DNA of 58,026 nt, filler included, from Sphacelaria rigidula (Eukaryota): assembly GCA_964200075.2 (NCBI GenBank). It is 7 parts of 7 records of this genome, joined end to end, with 100 filler letters (N's around TTAATTAATTAA, not from the genome) between each part and the next. Parts side by side here need not be neighbours in the genome. Positions count along the whole stretch, not along the records: positions 1 to 8,204 come from CAXNAA020011925.1; positions 8,305 to 16,508 come from CAXNAA020011926.1; 5 more parts are not named here. One strand, 5' to 3'. Positions 1 through 12,901 of this stretch are shown here, in pieces (the stretch's first letter is position 1; each line of letters begins with the position of its first letter). The notes beneath the pieces were generated by a model, which saw nothing but the letters and a program-made list of their open reading frames with translations, made no database searches and was not told where the DNA came from. The position numbers and the translations under genes were made by a program.

Positions 1-1945
1 ATGATCTTCACGTGGTCCAGCGGGCGTGGTCGACAGTGCAGTACGATACCAATTTGTTCGCATCACATGAAAAAAAAATCCGACACAACGTTATGCCCGC
101 GCCGTGTTCTTGTCTACAACGCAATATAGATGACTTCGTTCAGATAGTGTAGCAGTACCAACGCATGCTACAGTACGGCACCTCACCGTCCGCAAGATAT
201 TCCCCGCTGGGGCCATTTGTAATTGAAATGGTGCTGTACTATCGTCCGTACTTCAATTCGGAACAGTGTTTCAACGGGAAAGGTGAGTCGCATTCTGGAC
301 GACCAAGTATGTACTGTAGTGCGTGTTGGTGGGGCGGCAATCAAAGTGTAGTATACACTGGTGCCGTATGAAAGTAAACAAGTAACACGGGCCTCACGCC
401 TCGCCATGTTGAACCATGCTCGTGTACAGACAACATTCTTATCCTAGTCCATCATGCCGCATCGATATAATTCGGTGCGCATGGTGGCTCAACGTTCCGT
501 GTTTGGGCAAGAAAAGTCGTATGTACAGCGGGCGACGATTGAAATAGCCCGCGAAATCTTTACCTGCAAGCATGAATCGGCGTGTGTTTGGACACATGTC
601 GGTCGATTCGGTTGATACAGAATCGACGGGCTGTGAGCAGGGGCGCTTGCGGGGCAGGTGGTCGGGAGGGTGGTGAAAAAGGTAGGGACCCTTGAGGGAC
701 GTACCTAAACAAGGAACGTATGAGCGGTTCAATTATCCGAGAACCGCCCGTGGGTGAAAAACGACACTGCACTTCAGGTCCAGCGTGCATGAAAACGCTA
801 TCCGTTCTCTGTGGCAGTGTAAAACGTTGCCAGAGAGAGCGCATTCGCCACAGTGGGTTGGCGTGTACCGTCGATATGACCTGCAGGGTGCGGGGAATAT
901 GCTTGTGCAGCAAGAGAGGGCTGACGTGTGCGCTCGTACCTTGAGCGGCTCATGGTTCGGTCGCCACTGCCTGAAACCAACATGGGTACCGTGTGGCACG
1001 TCGAAGACCTGCAGCGAACTCGTGTCGGAATGTATGTCCAACTTAGAGTGAAAGAAGAAATAGCGGTGCAAGAAGCTGTCTTACTACCTTGGTGTATTAC
1101 ACCGCTGAATCGTGTACACAAATATCAAGTGAAAATCAAAGACCGAAAATACAGGGCTTGAAAAAATCAAACCAACGAAGAGTTGTGGTGGGCTGGAACG
1201 CTTACAATAGTAGCCCACGGATAGAAAAACAGTACAGCTTGAGGTCACAAGCTACCTCTGAAGCCCCATGAATGTGGAAGTATAGCACGCAAAGCAAGCC
1301 ACAACCCAAGATGAGTGAGTATGTGACGCACTGGTCCTGTTTTCGGCTCGTAACTCAAACTATACGTTTTTCTCACACAAAGGCAGTCGTCGACAATAGA
1401 CAGCTGTAGATGAAAGTAAGCACTGAGCTCCTTCTGAAAAAGAAACACCACTGTGATATCGAGGGATTAGATTACTTGTGACTTACTCGTGTTATAGCTT
1501 GTCACAGCTCGCCAGCAGGGAGACGTCGCGCAGAACAGATGAAAAGCTGATGATCCTTCTTGTGATTAGTCTACGGTAGGTCTTTCTTTGACAGGTGGAT
1601 CGCGAGTGGCTGCATGAGCGATGCGGCACACGATTACCCTCAAAAACTCATAGCTACGCATACAATCTTGTCACATAAATACCATTCCACACAACGCACG
1701 GTACCTCAAGCCAATCAAAGCTGAGGTAGCGGCAGGTACACGGGGCTAATCGGGTACAATCCTTTTACCTTCAACCCGCAGCGGCAATAATACAGGGATC
1801 GAATCCTGCCTTACACAAACACACATTCGACTTAAATCCTTCCATACCCGCTGGTCGTTTCTGGGGACCATCTGCATATCCACAAGGAAACTAGTTTTAA
1901 TTCAGGCCCTCAGTCATTTACCATCACAGCTGGCCCACCTCGTAT

Positions 1946-2277
1946 CACACGCGGCCATTTAGCTACCTCCAAAATTCCTCCAGGTGCGTAGACTTTTCGA
2001 GTCTCCAAAGGAATTGCACGCCTCCGGAGGGTTGTGCAGCCTTCTAGAGGACATTCTTTGGCTTCCTCCAGAGGGATTAAACGCCTCTGGAGGCCTATTT
2101 TTGCCTCTGGAGGGCCGCGTATACCCCGAATTCCTTCGGAGGGGTGCGTGACCCTCCGGGTCGGTAGAGGTTGGTTTCCTCCAGAGGGATTGAAGACCTC
2201 CGAAGGCTTATTTACCCCCTGGAGGGCCGCGCATCTCTCTGGAGGCATTTTGGGGTGTAGCAAAATGGCTGCGTGTG
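1946..2277. mobile_element. Non-autonomous TIR element (MITE), CACACGCGGCCATT family
   Basis: Left end cacacgcggccatttagctacctcca pairs with right end gggtgtagcaaaatggctgcgtgtg. The interior has many cct(c/t)(c/t)(a/g)gagg quasi-palindromes. The same terminus recurs at ~21324, ~21583 and ~23281. No clear TSD. Confidence 0.75.
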
Positions 2278-2583
2278 TAAGGCTGTAAGATACATGTATG
2301 TACATTTGTGCACGAGAACGATCGGGATTGCTTCAATAGAACAAAAATTCCCAAGGGTCGGGGCTGGGTAGTCGCAGGACCCCCGAGGACCGATAAGTCC
2401 GCAAGTCGTTTCATCTTGAGTGCAGAAATCATTTCGTTTCGGGATGTGGAGTGAATGCCTAGCATATATGCCGATTCCCAAAGTTTGAGACCAAACGTTC
2501 CCTGTGATGGGCAGCGCCAAAACGAAAACAATTATAGAAAATCGCCGAATACGGAAAAAATATTCAGCCCGAAACTGTTGCTA

Positions 2584-2728
2584 ACAACGTTTTCGTGAGG
2601 TTGATAGAAGAGCACTAATGGAGGGTGGGTTTGATCATTTGCTTTAACGTAGCCAATTTTTCATTCCGTGTGTGCTTTTCTTTTCCTCTCAGTCGTATCC
2701 TCTACTCTCAGTCTCACAAAAATATTGT
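2584..2728. mobile_element. Short MITE, ACAATGTTTTCGTGAGATTGAGA family
   Basis: Termini acaacgttttcgtgagg ... ctcagtctcacaaaaatattgt match the longer copy at 45287-45593. Confidence 0.6.
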
Positions 2729-3417
2729 TGTAACTAACTGCCCAGTGGCACCGTGTTGTACTGTCTGTGGATCGCCATAGACGAGGTCGACAAGAAGGTA
2801 CCGCAAAAGATACAAGATACACTTAGACTCCCGGGCGATTCATGTTCTCGGTGAATGAAGGAGTGTGCACTACATGGCACCACATGGAAAACCTTCATGG
2901 GAATAGTTTTGATTCGTCGCACCTAGTTTTCCCCGGTTTTTCGTTCACTCTATCGGTTCTGTTCTTCTGTTTTCTTGACTCTTCTTCAGCGGCTATTTCC
3001 GTTTGTTTTCTTCTCAGGTACGCCGATCATGTGGCCACGGCTGGATCCCTGGGGGATGAGTTAAGGTGCGACAATCAGTCAACCAATCAAACCGATTACG
3101 AAAGGACTCACACCCACTCATGGTCATGGTCTCGATCCTACTGTACGTTCGGGGTCCTGGAACGAGCAGCGGGCCGCTAACAAGCCATGACCATACACTA
3201 CATGCCGCGGGGCCCTGCATAGAACTGGTACGGGGCAAGGAGTCGGTATTAGTGCGCATGTCGAATTTGTGACAATGATTTCGACTATATACTGGTATAG
3301 CGTAATAGTTACGCAGTATACAATACCGGACTTGTGACTGTGACTTTGATCGTGCAATATGATGCGCGCTGTACCGTGCACAGAGTCAAGAGGTGCAACA
3401 AATCCAGGCACCTCACT

Positions 3418-3866
3418 CAACCCGGGATTTTACAAATTATGGATAGATTTTTTATTGAGGATGAGATACCCGGGGAATGAAAATCTTCGGATCCACGTCA
3501 AATCTTCGAAATATGGTTCCGTTTCTTCACTACTTGCTGGTACCTATTGACAACTAGTACACGCCATACGAGCTTGGACTTCAATAATCGAATCGTTGGG
3601 GTCCTAGGTGAAGAACCAATTTTGTGGGATTTCGGCGATATGATACGATCATTTATATTCCCCATAATTGCTTCTTCACCTAGGACCCCAACAGGTCGGT
3701 TATCAGAATACAAATTTGTATGGCGTGTAGTAGTTATCAATAGCTACCAGTAGGTAAAGGAGTGGAAACATATTTCGAAGGTTTGGGGTGGATACAAAGA
3801 TTTTATTTCTCCGGGGGTTCTCATCCTCGATAGATAATCCATTCTCAAAATGTGAAATTCCGGTTC
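3418..3866. mobile_element. Foldback (palindromic) MITE, ~450 bp
   Basis: The arms pair along their length, e.g. gttggggtcctaggtgaagaa / ttcttcacctaggaccccaac and gaggatgagatacccgggga / tccgggggttctcatcctc. A related motif (attgaggatgagaacc) occurs at the window end, 58011-58026. Confidence 0.8.
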
Positions 3867-4299
3867 TACTCCCTGTCGGGGAGGTCCGTGCCCCAGGGAT
3901 CTCTCGATCGTCTTGTGGAGGTTGTGACATTGGTTTCCGGTGCACATGATCAAATATGACACTCATATATGCGACGCAAAATAATCACGGAAATGGCCAT
4001 GTATATACCAAGTTAACCCTGCTTTGTTCGCCACCATCGTCTGCCTCGTTCACACACAAGGGCAGCTTGACACCATGCAGAACAAAACCAAATTCGAACA
4101 AACGCAATTCAGTTTTATGGTTGCACCAATCAAAAGTGAAGTCGTGCTTCTGCCTCCGAAGCAGTGTGCCCAGACAGCCGCAAATAACAGCCATGAGCAC
4201 ACATTGTTGATGCCATATGGCATGCTACCACGTAACGACTCGAAATCGCCTCTCTACATCGCATCACTACAATAGTATACAACCCAAAATCTGGCACAT

Positions 4300-4930
4300 G
4301 CTCGAGAAAAATCAAATTTGAGCCACCTTTCCGTACCACAACACTACAATACAACTCAAGCCTCGCCAAAACTCGGTATGAACCGCGTTGGAGGCACCAC
4401 TCGAAACCATAGCACTATAAAACACGTACCGGGGCATGAACTCGTGACACATCACGTCGGAATCACCTCACGACGTCACAGCACTACCACACAACTCCCG
4501 TGACGAAAACTCGCGAATAATCGCGTTGGAATCACCTCGCGACCCTGCAGCACTACAACACAATCTCAGTCAAGCCCAACCACGAGACCCAGCGCGCTGG
4601 AGTCACCTCTCCACATCACAGCACTACTATAAACTCGCAACAAGGCGCGTTGGAGTCACCTCGCGATATCACAGCACTACAATACAAATCTACGTCCGGC
4701 ACAAACGCGAGACGACCCATGTAGGGGCCGCTTCCTGATACCACAGCTCTACAGGAAAAAGTCAAGTCCGGCACAAAATCCTGTCAAACCACTTCGGAGC
4801 TTCCTCGCGACACGGCAACACTACAATACGAATCCACAGTCGGCACAATCACGAGAAAAGACGTCTTGGAGTCGCCTCTCGACATCACAACAATGCCATC
4901 GCAAATCCAAGGATAGCACAAGCTCGCGAC
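4300..4930. repeat. Degenerate minisatellite, ~55-70 bp unit, about 9 copies
   Basis: Recurrent core cgcgttgga(g/a)tcacctcgcga...cacagcactacaa(t/c)acaa. The whole unit is similar between copies. Confidence 0.8.
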
Positions 4931-5169
4931 AACCAACAAACACGGGAAACCTATCACGTAGAATCAGCGCTTCCGATACATCAGACAGTCATCGCGGAAT
5001 TGCCTCACTACACCTCACTTCAAACGCGAAGCCATGCAGATACGGTACTCTACCAATGTTGGCACCGCCTCGTATTCCCGCCCGCCCATACCCGTCGCTT
5101 TGATACACTGCCCCCTTGTCCGTGCCCCGGACCTCATGTTCCGTACCTCCTATGAATGGCACACTATAT

Positions 5170-5810
5170 GATAATGGTACCCGCATCACGTTGTACAGCA
5201 AGAGAAGCACAAAAAACAAAACCACAGGTTCACTTTGTAACGGCGTACTTCGAAGCCGAGGTCACCGCGGGATGTCGTACTACACGCAGAAGGTTGAATA
5301 AAAACGTCAACTCCTCCCCGTGATGGTACCTTCAAAATCGAACTGCCCCGTCGGTTTATCCTACGGAAGGAAACACCGAACAAAAATCGGTAGTACCACC
5401 ACTGTGTCCTACGTTCGCCTGCATCATGTGCTGGTGCAATTCGAGGCCTTTGTGCACGCGCGATGCTATCAAACAGCAAGCAAAACCAAAAAAATGGAAA
5501 CACACTAATCCGTCGTGAAACGACGCACTTTAGAAACCGCGGTACTCGCATCGAGTCCCCATACTGTTGTACAGTAAGATGGACGCAAAATAAAATAAAA
5601 TCCACTTCATATTGTGACAGCATATTTCGAAGCCGAAGTCCCCGCGGAATGTCATGCGACACACAGAAGGATTGAATTTAAACTTCAACACCACCCCGTT
5701 TTGGTACCTTCGAAATCGAAGTGCTCCGTCATCTTATCTTACGGATATAAACACTGAATACAAACAATAATACCTCCATTGTGTCCTATCTTTGTCTGCT
5801 TCATGCCAAC
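5170..5810. repeat. Diverged tandem duplication (two copies, offset ~380 bp)
   Basis: ttcgaagccgaggtcaccgcgggatgtc (~5249) matches ttcgaagccgaagtccccgcggaatgtc (~5626). tggtaccttc(a/g)aaatcgaa and tgtgtccta are also repeated. Confidence 0.8.
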
Positions 5811-6537
5811 TGTCAACGCCGCCCATGCATGCAAAGTGGTGGAGGAAGCCCTGATACGGCTTGCAAATAACCACCACCGTCTCCCCTCATCCCCCCCAAA
5901 AATTCAAGATAAGGCAAGCTGTGAGGGCATGTGAATATGCATGGGTAAAGCATATCTTCTGAGAGAGAAGGCTTTATCAAGCGCCGGCTCCGTCGATTTA
6001 TCGCGTATCCTTTGTCCCATTCCTACCCACCGCACAACTTGAGCAATACGCCACAGGTCAGGATAGCTTGCACCATAGAATTTTCAAAAACATAATGCCG
6101 CGAAAAAATTAAGAAAGTCGTCCTCACGGCACCCAACAGAAGTGTCGAAAACAAAAGTAAAAAATCAAAGTATATATATATATATATGCTACACCCGTCC
6201 ATTCTTTAATGTCTGACTTGTCCTTTGCTTGGTCATATCCTTCTCGCAACGTGGCTTTCGATAGAGGACATTTTCCCACAAACGTCAATACCGTTCAAAC
6301 ACGACACGAGCGACCCTCAGAACTAATGAATTTACTTGAGTATATGAAAAAGAGCAGGTCGCGTAGATCCCCTCCCCCCAGCACCTTCCGGGCTCGCAAC
6401 AATACAAATATGGAAAATTAAGAACTTGATTGATATCGATTCGCAACTGTCTCCCGCAGAATATCACCATTTGCGCGCATCTGAAAAATTACAGCCGCAT
6501 CGTTCGCCTAGGCAACACGATTGCAGACTACACTGGA

Positions 6538-6651
6538 CTACACTAGGAATGAAGAGTATCGCTCCTCCTCATCACTGGAGTTGTCCTCGGCTAATGCCAA
6601 AGACGCCTCCTTGCGCGGCACCTTGGTTACTTCCTGCGTTGCAATTTCGTG
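6538..6651 (-). CDS. Terminal exon of an unidentified gene (HEIATQEVTKVPRKEASLALAEDNSSDEEERYSSFLV*)
   Basis: Pyrimidine-rich acceptor ...cccctcttcctcttgttttgcccag|CAC, 38 codons ending in TAG, phase 0 and compatible with the exon at 7509-7838. Confidence 0.7.
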   Translation of the reverse strand, partial: HEIATQEVTKVPRKEASLALAEDNSSDEEERYSSFLV

Positions 6652-7508
6652 CTGGGCAAAACAAGAGGAAGAGGGGGGACGCGATCGTGGGTGACCCCGA
6701 CGAGTCGTTATAGAGGAGAAATAGAACTCGGGTGTCGCAGCGCTTGCTGAGGGAGAGTACTAATGGGAATATCGAAATAGAACACGCACCCACACAACAC
6801 ATCGCCCGTGCAGGAACTTCTGGGGGTAGAGGAGGTTCGGGGAGGGGGGGTGTGTGCCTGGTGCTAATGGTTGAAAAATACGACCAGCACCGTATCTCCT
6901 TAGTGGAGCAACAGGCGGTGAAGATACGCCGGAAGGATGCAATGGAATAACACGGGCAGTGTTCGGGAACGAGGATGGTATCTTCCGGCATATTACAGTC
7001 GACACATTCACGCTAGAGTTCATACAGCTAATGGTTGAAGGATATTCCGGGGGGCAGCATGCCACTTCCACCTGCCAATGACAGGTTGCGGCCTTTGAGG
7101 ATGCGATGCGCCCATTCATGAAAAAAACAAATCACACTGCACGCATGCAGCATGTGCAACGAACGTACCGGCTCTTGCGCTCCCCACGTTGGGATGAGCA
7201 AAACTCGGTCATGAGTTCTACAAGCGTTTGACGCCTTTTCGGCCACAGTCTGTGTCGCGCGACAAAAGGAGAGGGGTGAAAAAGCAAGCAAAAATAGCAA
7301 CATCGATTAGTGCAAGAAGTTGCTCTTGTTTCTGGCAGAGTGCATCGACGGGTGTGACATGGTTGGGAGCCAACAGAAACAACAGCAGCAGTATCAACAA
7401 CCAGGGACAACAGCAGCGATCATCGCAATATATGTTAGGGAGGTGCTGGAGCCCATTAACCTCATCAAGAAGAACGGGACCACCACACCCACTGCGCGCA
7501 ATACACAC

Positions 7509-7838
7509 CTTCCGGCTCAGCGCCGCCTTGAACGTGGTCGTCGGCCTCCTGTTGTCGTGCGGCCCGTTGAACAAGAAAATTACGTCCTCCCCGGAGAGAA
7601 GTTTCGACAAGGATCTCCCCGTGTTGGACGAGAACATCTTCTCCTGTCCGAAACCCGAACGATCGCTGCTGTTCGATGCCAGTAGAACCTGATCTGTCGA
7701 AGCCTGCCTCACTATAGGAGGTCTCTCTAGTTTTGGCGGAAGCCATGACCTCACCCTCTCCATGTCGACCGCGGAGAAAGGGATGATGACCTGGGAGTCA
7801 TGCGGACAGGCGAGCCGGGACCAGTTTCCGAAGCACGT
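7509..7838 (-). CDS. Internal exon of the same unidentified gene (TCFGNWSRLACPHDSQVIIPFSAVDMERVRSWLPPK...TFKAALSRK)
   Basis: Acceptor ...cccgttctag|ACG, donor AAG|gtgtgt. The exon is 330 nt (110 codons), phase 0/0, with coding-like codon use. An alternative in-frame acceptor exists at 7790. Confidence 0.7.
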
Positions 7839-8204
7839 CTAGAACGGGAGATGTTCTGCCACGGTATGAAGATGAGTGAGGACACAAGCAAAGAAGATCA
7901 TGTAGGGTAGGGAACGAGCGATTTCCGAGCACCAAAGGCGATGTGTACCATGTTACCACGTGTAGGAGTAGTAACATCGAGTAGAGAAAATGCTTCGCCT
8001 ACGCACCAGATGTGCGGCTTAGGCTCCGTGGCGTGCATGCGAGTAGTACTAACAGGTTTGGGATACAGGCTCGTTCACGGTGATCACCCACAATTGTGTC
8101 ATCAGCAAATGCCTTCCGCAATACGCACCCAATAGTCGCATATGTGGTATCATACTGACCGCAATGAAGAGACGAAGAGGGTGACATAGCCGGATTTTTG
8201 TTTA

Positions 8205-8304
8205 NNNNNNNNNNNNNNNNNNNNNNNNNNNNNNNNNNNNNNNNNNNNTTAATTAATTAANNNNNNNNNNNNNNNNNNNNNNNNNNNNNNNNNNNNNNNN
8301 NNNN
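8205..8304. other. Artificial linker N44-TTAATTAATTAA-N44
   Basis: Seen directly. It carries stops in all six frames and recurs every 8304/8303 bp. Confidence 0.98.
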
Positions 8305-10723
8305 AGGAATAGCAAGGACGGTATTGGAAAGGTGAGCCTATGTCTGTGACCACGGGTTCGCGAGATCAGACTAAAGTGCGGAAATAATAATAATAATAAA
8401 TAATCAGATTGGGAATTTTTTTTTCCACCGCATAATTTCGATCGAAAACTAATGTGCTAAGACAAGGCCTGAGACACGGCCTCAGTCGTGCAATATGGAA
8501 TTATCTATATAGACAGAAGTCCATCCGATGGAACAACCTAACTAACCATCGAACTTAACTTCTCCGTTTAATTGCTCGGTTTCTCAATCAGAGATTAGAT
8601 AAATGGATCTTCGCGGCTGCACGTTACTTGAAATGCTTGGCAATCGCAGCTCCGGCCAGCTTGGGTTGCTGTACACATGTCACAGCCCTCCTGCAAATTA
8701 AAATATAACTGCACCGGCGGAGTGCCGGCAATCCCATTTGATCTGCGCGTAAAATTTGCCGTCAATCATGGAGGTAGACCGTCTACTATGCACCGTAAAC
8801 ACGCACAGCGGAACGTCCGTTATCGAGTTCGAAACCGATTTCAGGCAGTGTTCAAACACGTGCTGCTTTGGGTTGTATTGTTTTATCGAGTTCGGGTGGA
8901 CGGCTTTTCTCAGAGACCTTTTTCAGAGAAGTCAGTTTTCAAAATCCCACCTTGGAACATCTTTCATGGAAGTCACTAATCTCGATTTTTTCGAGCATGG
9001 AGAGAAAAAATATCGGGGAACGCATTTTATGGACACCGATTTCGACCAAATCGGGGGCGAAAAAATCGGAGTTTCATGGTCTCAGAACGGTTTCCCCCGA
9101 TTTTTTCGAAAAATCGGGGGATATCGTTCCGAGAGATCGTGATTCCCCCCGATTTTTAGAGGTGACGAACGTGCATTGACGTACAGTGGTAGAGCACGAG
9201 ACGTTTGGTACTTTTGCAACCGCAGCAGCAGACAGTCTCGTGACAGCGCAGGGCGTGCCTGCCCGCGCCAGCTGCTGAAGCAGGTTCGCACGGGCTTTGA
9301 CAAGCGCATAATAAGTGCTGACGCCGTACCCTGCGGCGATGGTTATGTTTTATGCTGCGCTGCGCTGCGCTGCCGTATGTATTACCATCACGAACGCTAC
9401 TGTACTCTCCTAGTCTGCTGTCGCTGTACTTGAGCGGTGATGTATGGCACTGCACCACTGAACTCTGTTCGCGCGCTGTTCGTTCACTGTTCTCGCAATA
9501 CGGACTGTGCCATCCTGTACTACCACATGGCACCATCATGTACTGTACTGATGGAGTGTCCTGCACTGTATTACCCTACGGCACCAAGGTACGACACTGT
9601 ACTCGAGTGATTATTTACCGCCTGCCTCCTCTTCGGCTCCATGCACAAGTACGCAGTACCACACTTATGCAGAAAATGACCGTCTGTGTACAGAACTGTT
9701 TCACAAATCTGTGATACTGTCTATACCATAAAACGATCCCCCCAATTTTTTAGGACTGTGAACTGGACCAGTTTGTACTGGCAGTTGAACTGGAACTGTA
9801 TTTTAACTGGAACTGGTGATGAGGACTCCAGTTTATCCAGTTTATTTGAAGTTTACCGTTACCGTGTATGTTTATCCTATTTTTAGTATGGTGAGTTCAT
9901 AACAAAGATGCTTACATGATGACGAATAAAATTAAAGCAGGATTGGGGTCTGTATTAGACAACAGTACAGGTACAGACAGTACAGTTCAGCACGCGTGGT
10001 CACTACACCTCGAAGTGATACTGCGGATATATGCTAGGTTTGTCGTTTCATAGCACGACATCCGGAATCAAAAATAGCAAACAAACGGCAATCCGCGACC
10101 ACAAAATACAAAGTACACCATGGCTTGCAATTCAACTGCATGCGTGCTTGTGGGTGCGGACGTGAATAATTTTGCGCTCTTATCCCCGCGTGCTGCCAAC
10201 CTTGGCTTGTTTGCATCCTCCTCTCCTCACCCAGAGTCTGCTGCTTCATATTACAGATGAATGGTTTTCGAATCGCTCTGAACGGCATTCGAATATCATC
10301 CGAGAGTACCCAAAAGAAGTAATCCAAGACCCTATGCCCCTTTTTTGAATCCTGGAGTTTTTCGGGGTGGGAGGGGGGGCTACTAAATCCCATACATGAA
10401 TTAAAAAATAATAAATGAGAAAAAAAAAAGTATATAAAAATTAAAATTCGTGTTTATGAAGCTCTAATTCTTCGCATACCCCCGGAGCCAAGTAAGACCA
10501 AGTTATATTTATGGGTTTCGGCAATACATTTCACATTACACTTCCACGACAAGAGCAAGACTAGACAAATACCACAATGCTCTGCGATGTTTGCTCAATC
10601 AAGCTCAACGCATCTATCTGCACCGCCAATTTACGTCCAATGTGCGTCGCATCTTGTGGGGGCAGATAGGGCCAACAATCATGGGCGCCACCTCACCCAA
10701 GTCGCCCCCAAATGGCCATTTAT

Positions 10724-11140
10724 TAGAGCTCGGAAATGGTTTGTCTAATCATTAACCAGTTGAATGGTGACGCGTAGCGCAACCATTAACCGGTTAAATG
10801 GTACATTTAGGTTTGGTCATCGAGCGGCGCAGCCGCGAGCCAAAAAGCCCCCCCCCGGCAGAGGAAGGCCCATCGGAGGCGCCCCCCAGAGGGCCCCGCT
10901 GGAGGCGCCGTGCCGGAGGCACATTTTAACGCGATTTGGCTTCACGAGAGCTAGAGAATACGTTAAATTTGGGCCAATTTTCAAGGGCTGTATGTAGCAT
11001 GCGCAGCGGGTAACGGCTTATGGAGCCGGTAACGGTGAATAATGGTTTAAAACCATTATCCAAAATTTCATACAACCATTACCATTATTATCATTATAAT
11101 GATAATGCCCAGTTATAACTGGTACCATTTCCGAGCTCTA
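10724..11140. mobile_element. hAT-type MITE, 417 bp, with 8-bp TSD
   Basis: Perfect 17-bp TIR tagagctcggaaatggt / accatttccgagctcta. TSD ccatttat at 10716-10723 and 11141-11148. Subterminal aatggt/accatt repeats. Confidence 0.92.
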
Positions 11141-12164
11141 CCATTTATTGAGTGTTTCTTAATGTGAAGAAAAAAAATCCCACGACCGCCGGGGGAGGGG
11201 GGGGTACATAGGGTCTCGGAGTTTTCTTTTTGGGCACTCCTGTGTCATCCAAGACTTCTAGCTCCCCAATGTGAGGGGTCACATTTTGTACAATTTTCCA
11301 CATTTTTGAAGGAAAAACAAGCCGAATTACGCCACTTTTCTCGCCTACGACGGCGCTCCCGCGGGGCCCCCTCACCAGCCTGGAAAACAATGGATGTACT
11401 GACCGCGCCAGCGGCCACTTTAAACTTAACTGGCCAGAGCAGCCAGTTCACAGCCCTACAATTTTGAGTTCGCGAATTGGAGATCGAGATTTGTTGCCAT
11501 AAAGGTTGGTATTGTAATCTATGTAAAAATCCTGGGGGTTTGTACACCCGAGATCATCATCTAGCCTGCGTACAGACGGTGTTAGTGGTCATCGTTCGCA
11601 TTTTGTGCTTGTGCCACCTTCGGTAAAGTAACACGGAAATAAGCCCGTCCAGGTACAGGATAGATGGGATGGCAACACACACTAGCTACTGGTATAATAT
11701 ACTATGGATCGGAATGACAGGCGTATCAAGCCTTACTTCAGCCGACCGCCGCTTGGTACAGTAGTGGTGTCGCAAGCGGTGCAGTGTGCAGCAGTACGGT
11801 TTGTGCCATACCGTACACAACAAACTCACGTGACAGTCGGTAGCGCGGTACCAACCGCCTCAGTACACAAAATACTACAGAGTTCACAATCGGTGGCGGG
11901 CATGACGAGCATGAAACGATACGAGCAGTCAATACAGCCAGCAGGGGCGACACCGTGCTGTTTTATGGTAGAACGCTGCCGGCGAAAAAGCTCTGTACTG
12001 TCTGTTCTGTCTGTCCCTGGTCCTACGGTCACGAAGAGGATGCACGGAGTGCTGCAGCAGCTATGCTGTTGCTACGGTACTGTACATGAAACATGCATCG
12101 CTATTTTTGCACTGACTGTACTACACTTGTATGCGAGGAGTGTGTGATGGAACGTCACTCTCCA

Positions 12165-12335
12165 GGCAGAGAAAAGTCTGTGGGAGGGATGGCTTTTCTC
12201 AAAGAGATTTGGACAAATCTCGCTGTCTGGAAACGGCTGTCAGTTTCCAGATACTTTTTCATGAAAAATGGTCCCATAAGATCGCGTTCTGAAAAAACGT
12301 ATCTGGAAACTGACCGAAACGACTTTTCTCAGTGA
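12165..12335. repeat. Inverted repeat / MITE remnant
   Basis: gagaaaagtc pairs with gacttttctc, and gtcagtttccagatac pairs with gtatctggaaactgac. Confidence 0.6.
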
Positions 12336-12766
12336 CTTTTTTCCGTCTATAAGAAGCGGCCTGACATGGTAAACATCACCAATACACCACATTACCACAC
12401 GCACACTTGGCTAGGCTTATCAGCAGCTCTCGACAGCACAGTGTATTTCTTCCCATAGAGAGCCATGAGCTATGCGGGCCTCCAGGACTAACTTGTCCCA
12501 AATTGCAACTTTTCGGGTATCTCCGGGAGAGAAATGATGCCCGTGATTTTTCGCATCTTCACCTGCATGTTTTCGTCGTATCGTCATCATCCATATACCG
12601 TCGAGTGCAACACAGCGATGTTGTACTACACATTTCGTAGGCGTGTGCACATGCCACAATCGTATGTTCGCCTGGGTGTGTTGTGGAGATACGACGAATA
12701 GATCGCCTGGACTTGCTTGATTTACGCGCAACTCCAGTACCTCCTGCTGTCCGTGGTGATCGCTGA

Positions 12767-12901
12767 ATGCAGACGATGGAAGAAGTGAGGGCTCGACACA
12801 AGAAAGAGCTCAAGACGTTGGACGGCAGCTGCAGGAAATTGCTCAAGCAGGCCAACAAGAACAAGGCGAAGATAGCAGAAGCAGAGAAGAAAAATATCAA
12901 G
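12767..12901 (+). CDS. OTUD6B: OTU-domain deubiquitinase OTUD6B/Otu2-like, N-terminal exon
   Basis: MQTMEEVRARHKKELKTLDGSCRKLLKQANKNKAKIAEAEKKNIK resembles the RH(R/K)KExKxL N-terminal helix of OTUD6/Otu2 (recognised from memory). Donor AAG|gtgaca, phase 0. The 5' end may instead be an acceptor at 12773. Confidence 0.75.

Noticed and set aside
400..1160. Protein-coding gene among the overlapping short ORFs
   Set aside because: There is no consistent frame, splice pattern or recognisable motif. It may be decayed TE sequence.
4300..4930. CRISPR array
   Set aside because: The repeats are too divergent, the intervening parts resemble each other, no cas genes are present, and the context is eukaryotic.
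7410..7450. NIYCDD as an RT YxDD motif in ORF 7218..7763
   Set aside because: It lies downstream of a good splice donor at 7508, so it is intronic, and no other RT motifs accompany it.
8249..8260. TTAATTAATTAA as a piggyBac TTAA site or biological motif
   Set aside because: It sits centrally in identical N-padded linkers at fixed intervals, so it is artificial.
8600..9340. Upstream exons of the 6538-7838 gene
   Set aside because: These are short open stretches with weak splice signals and lie in a different slice.
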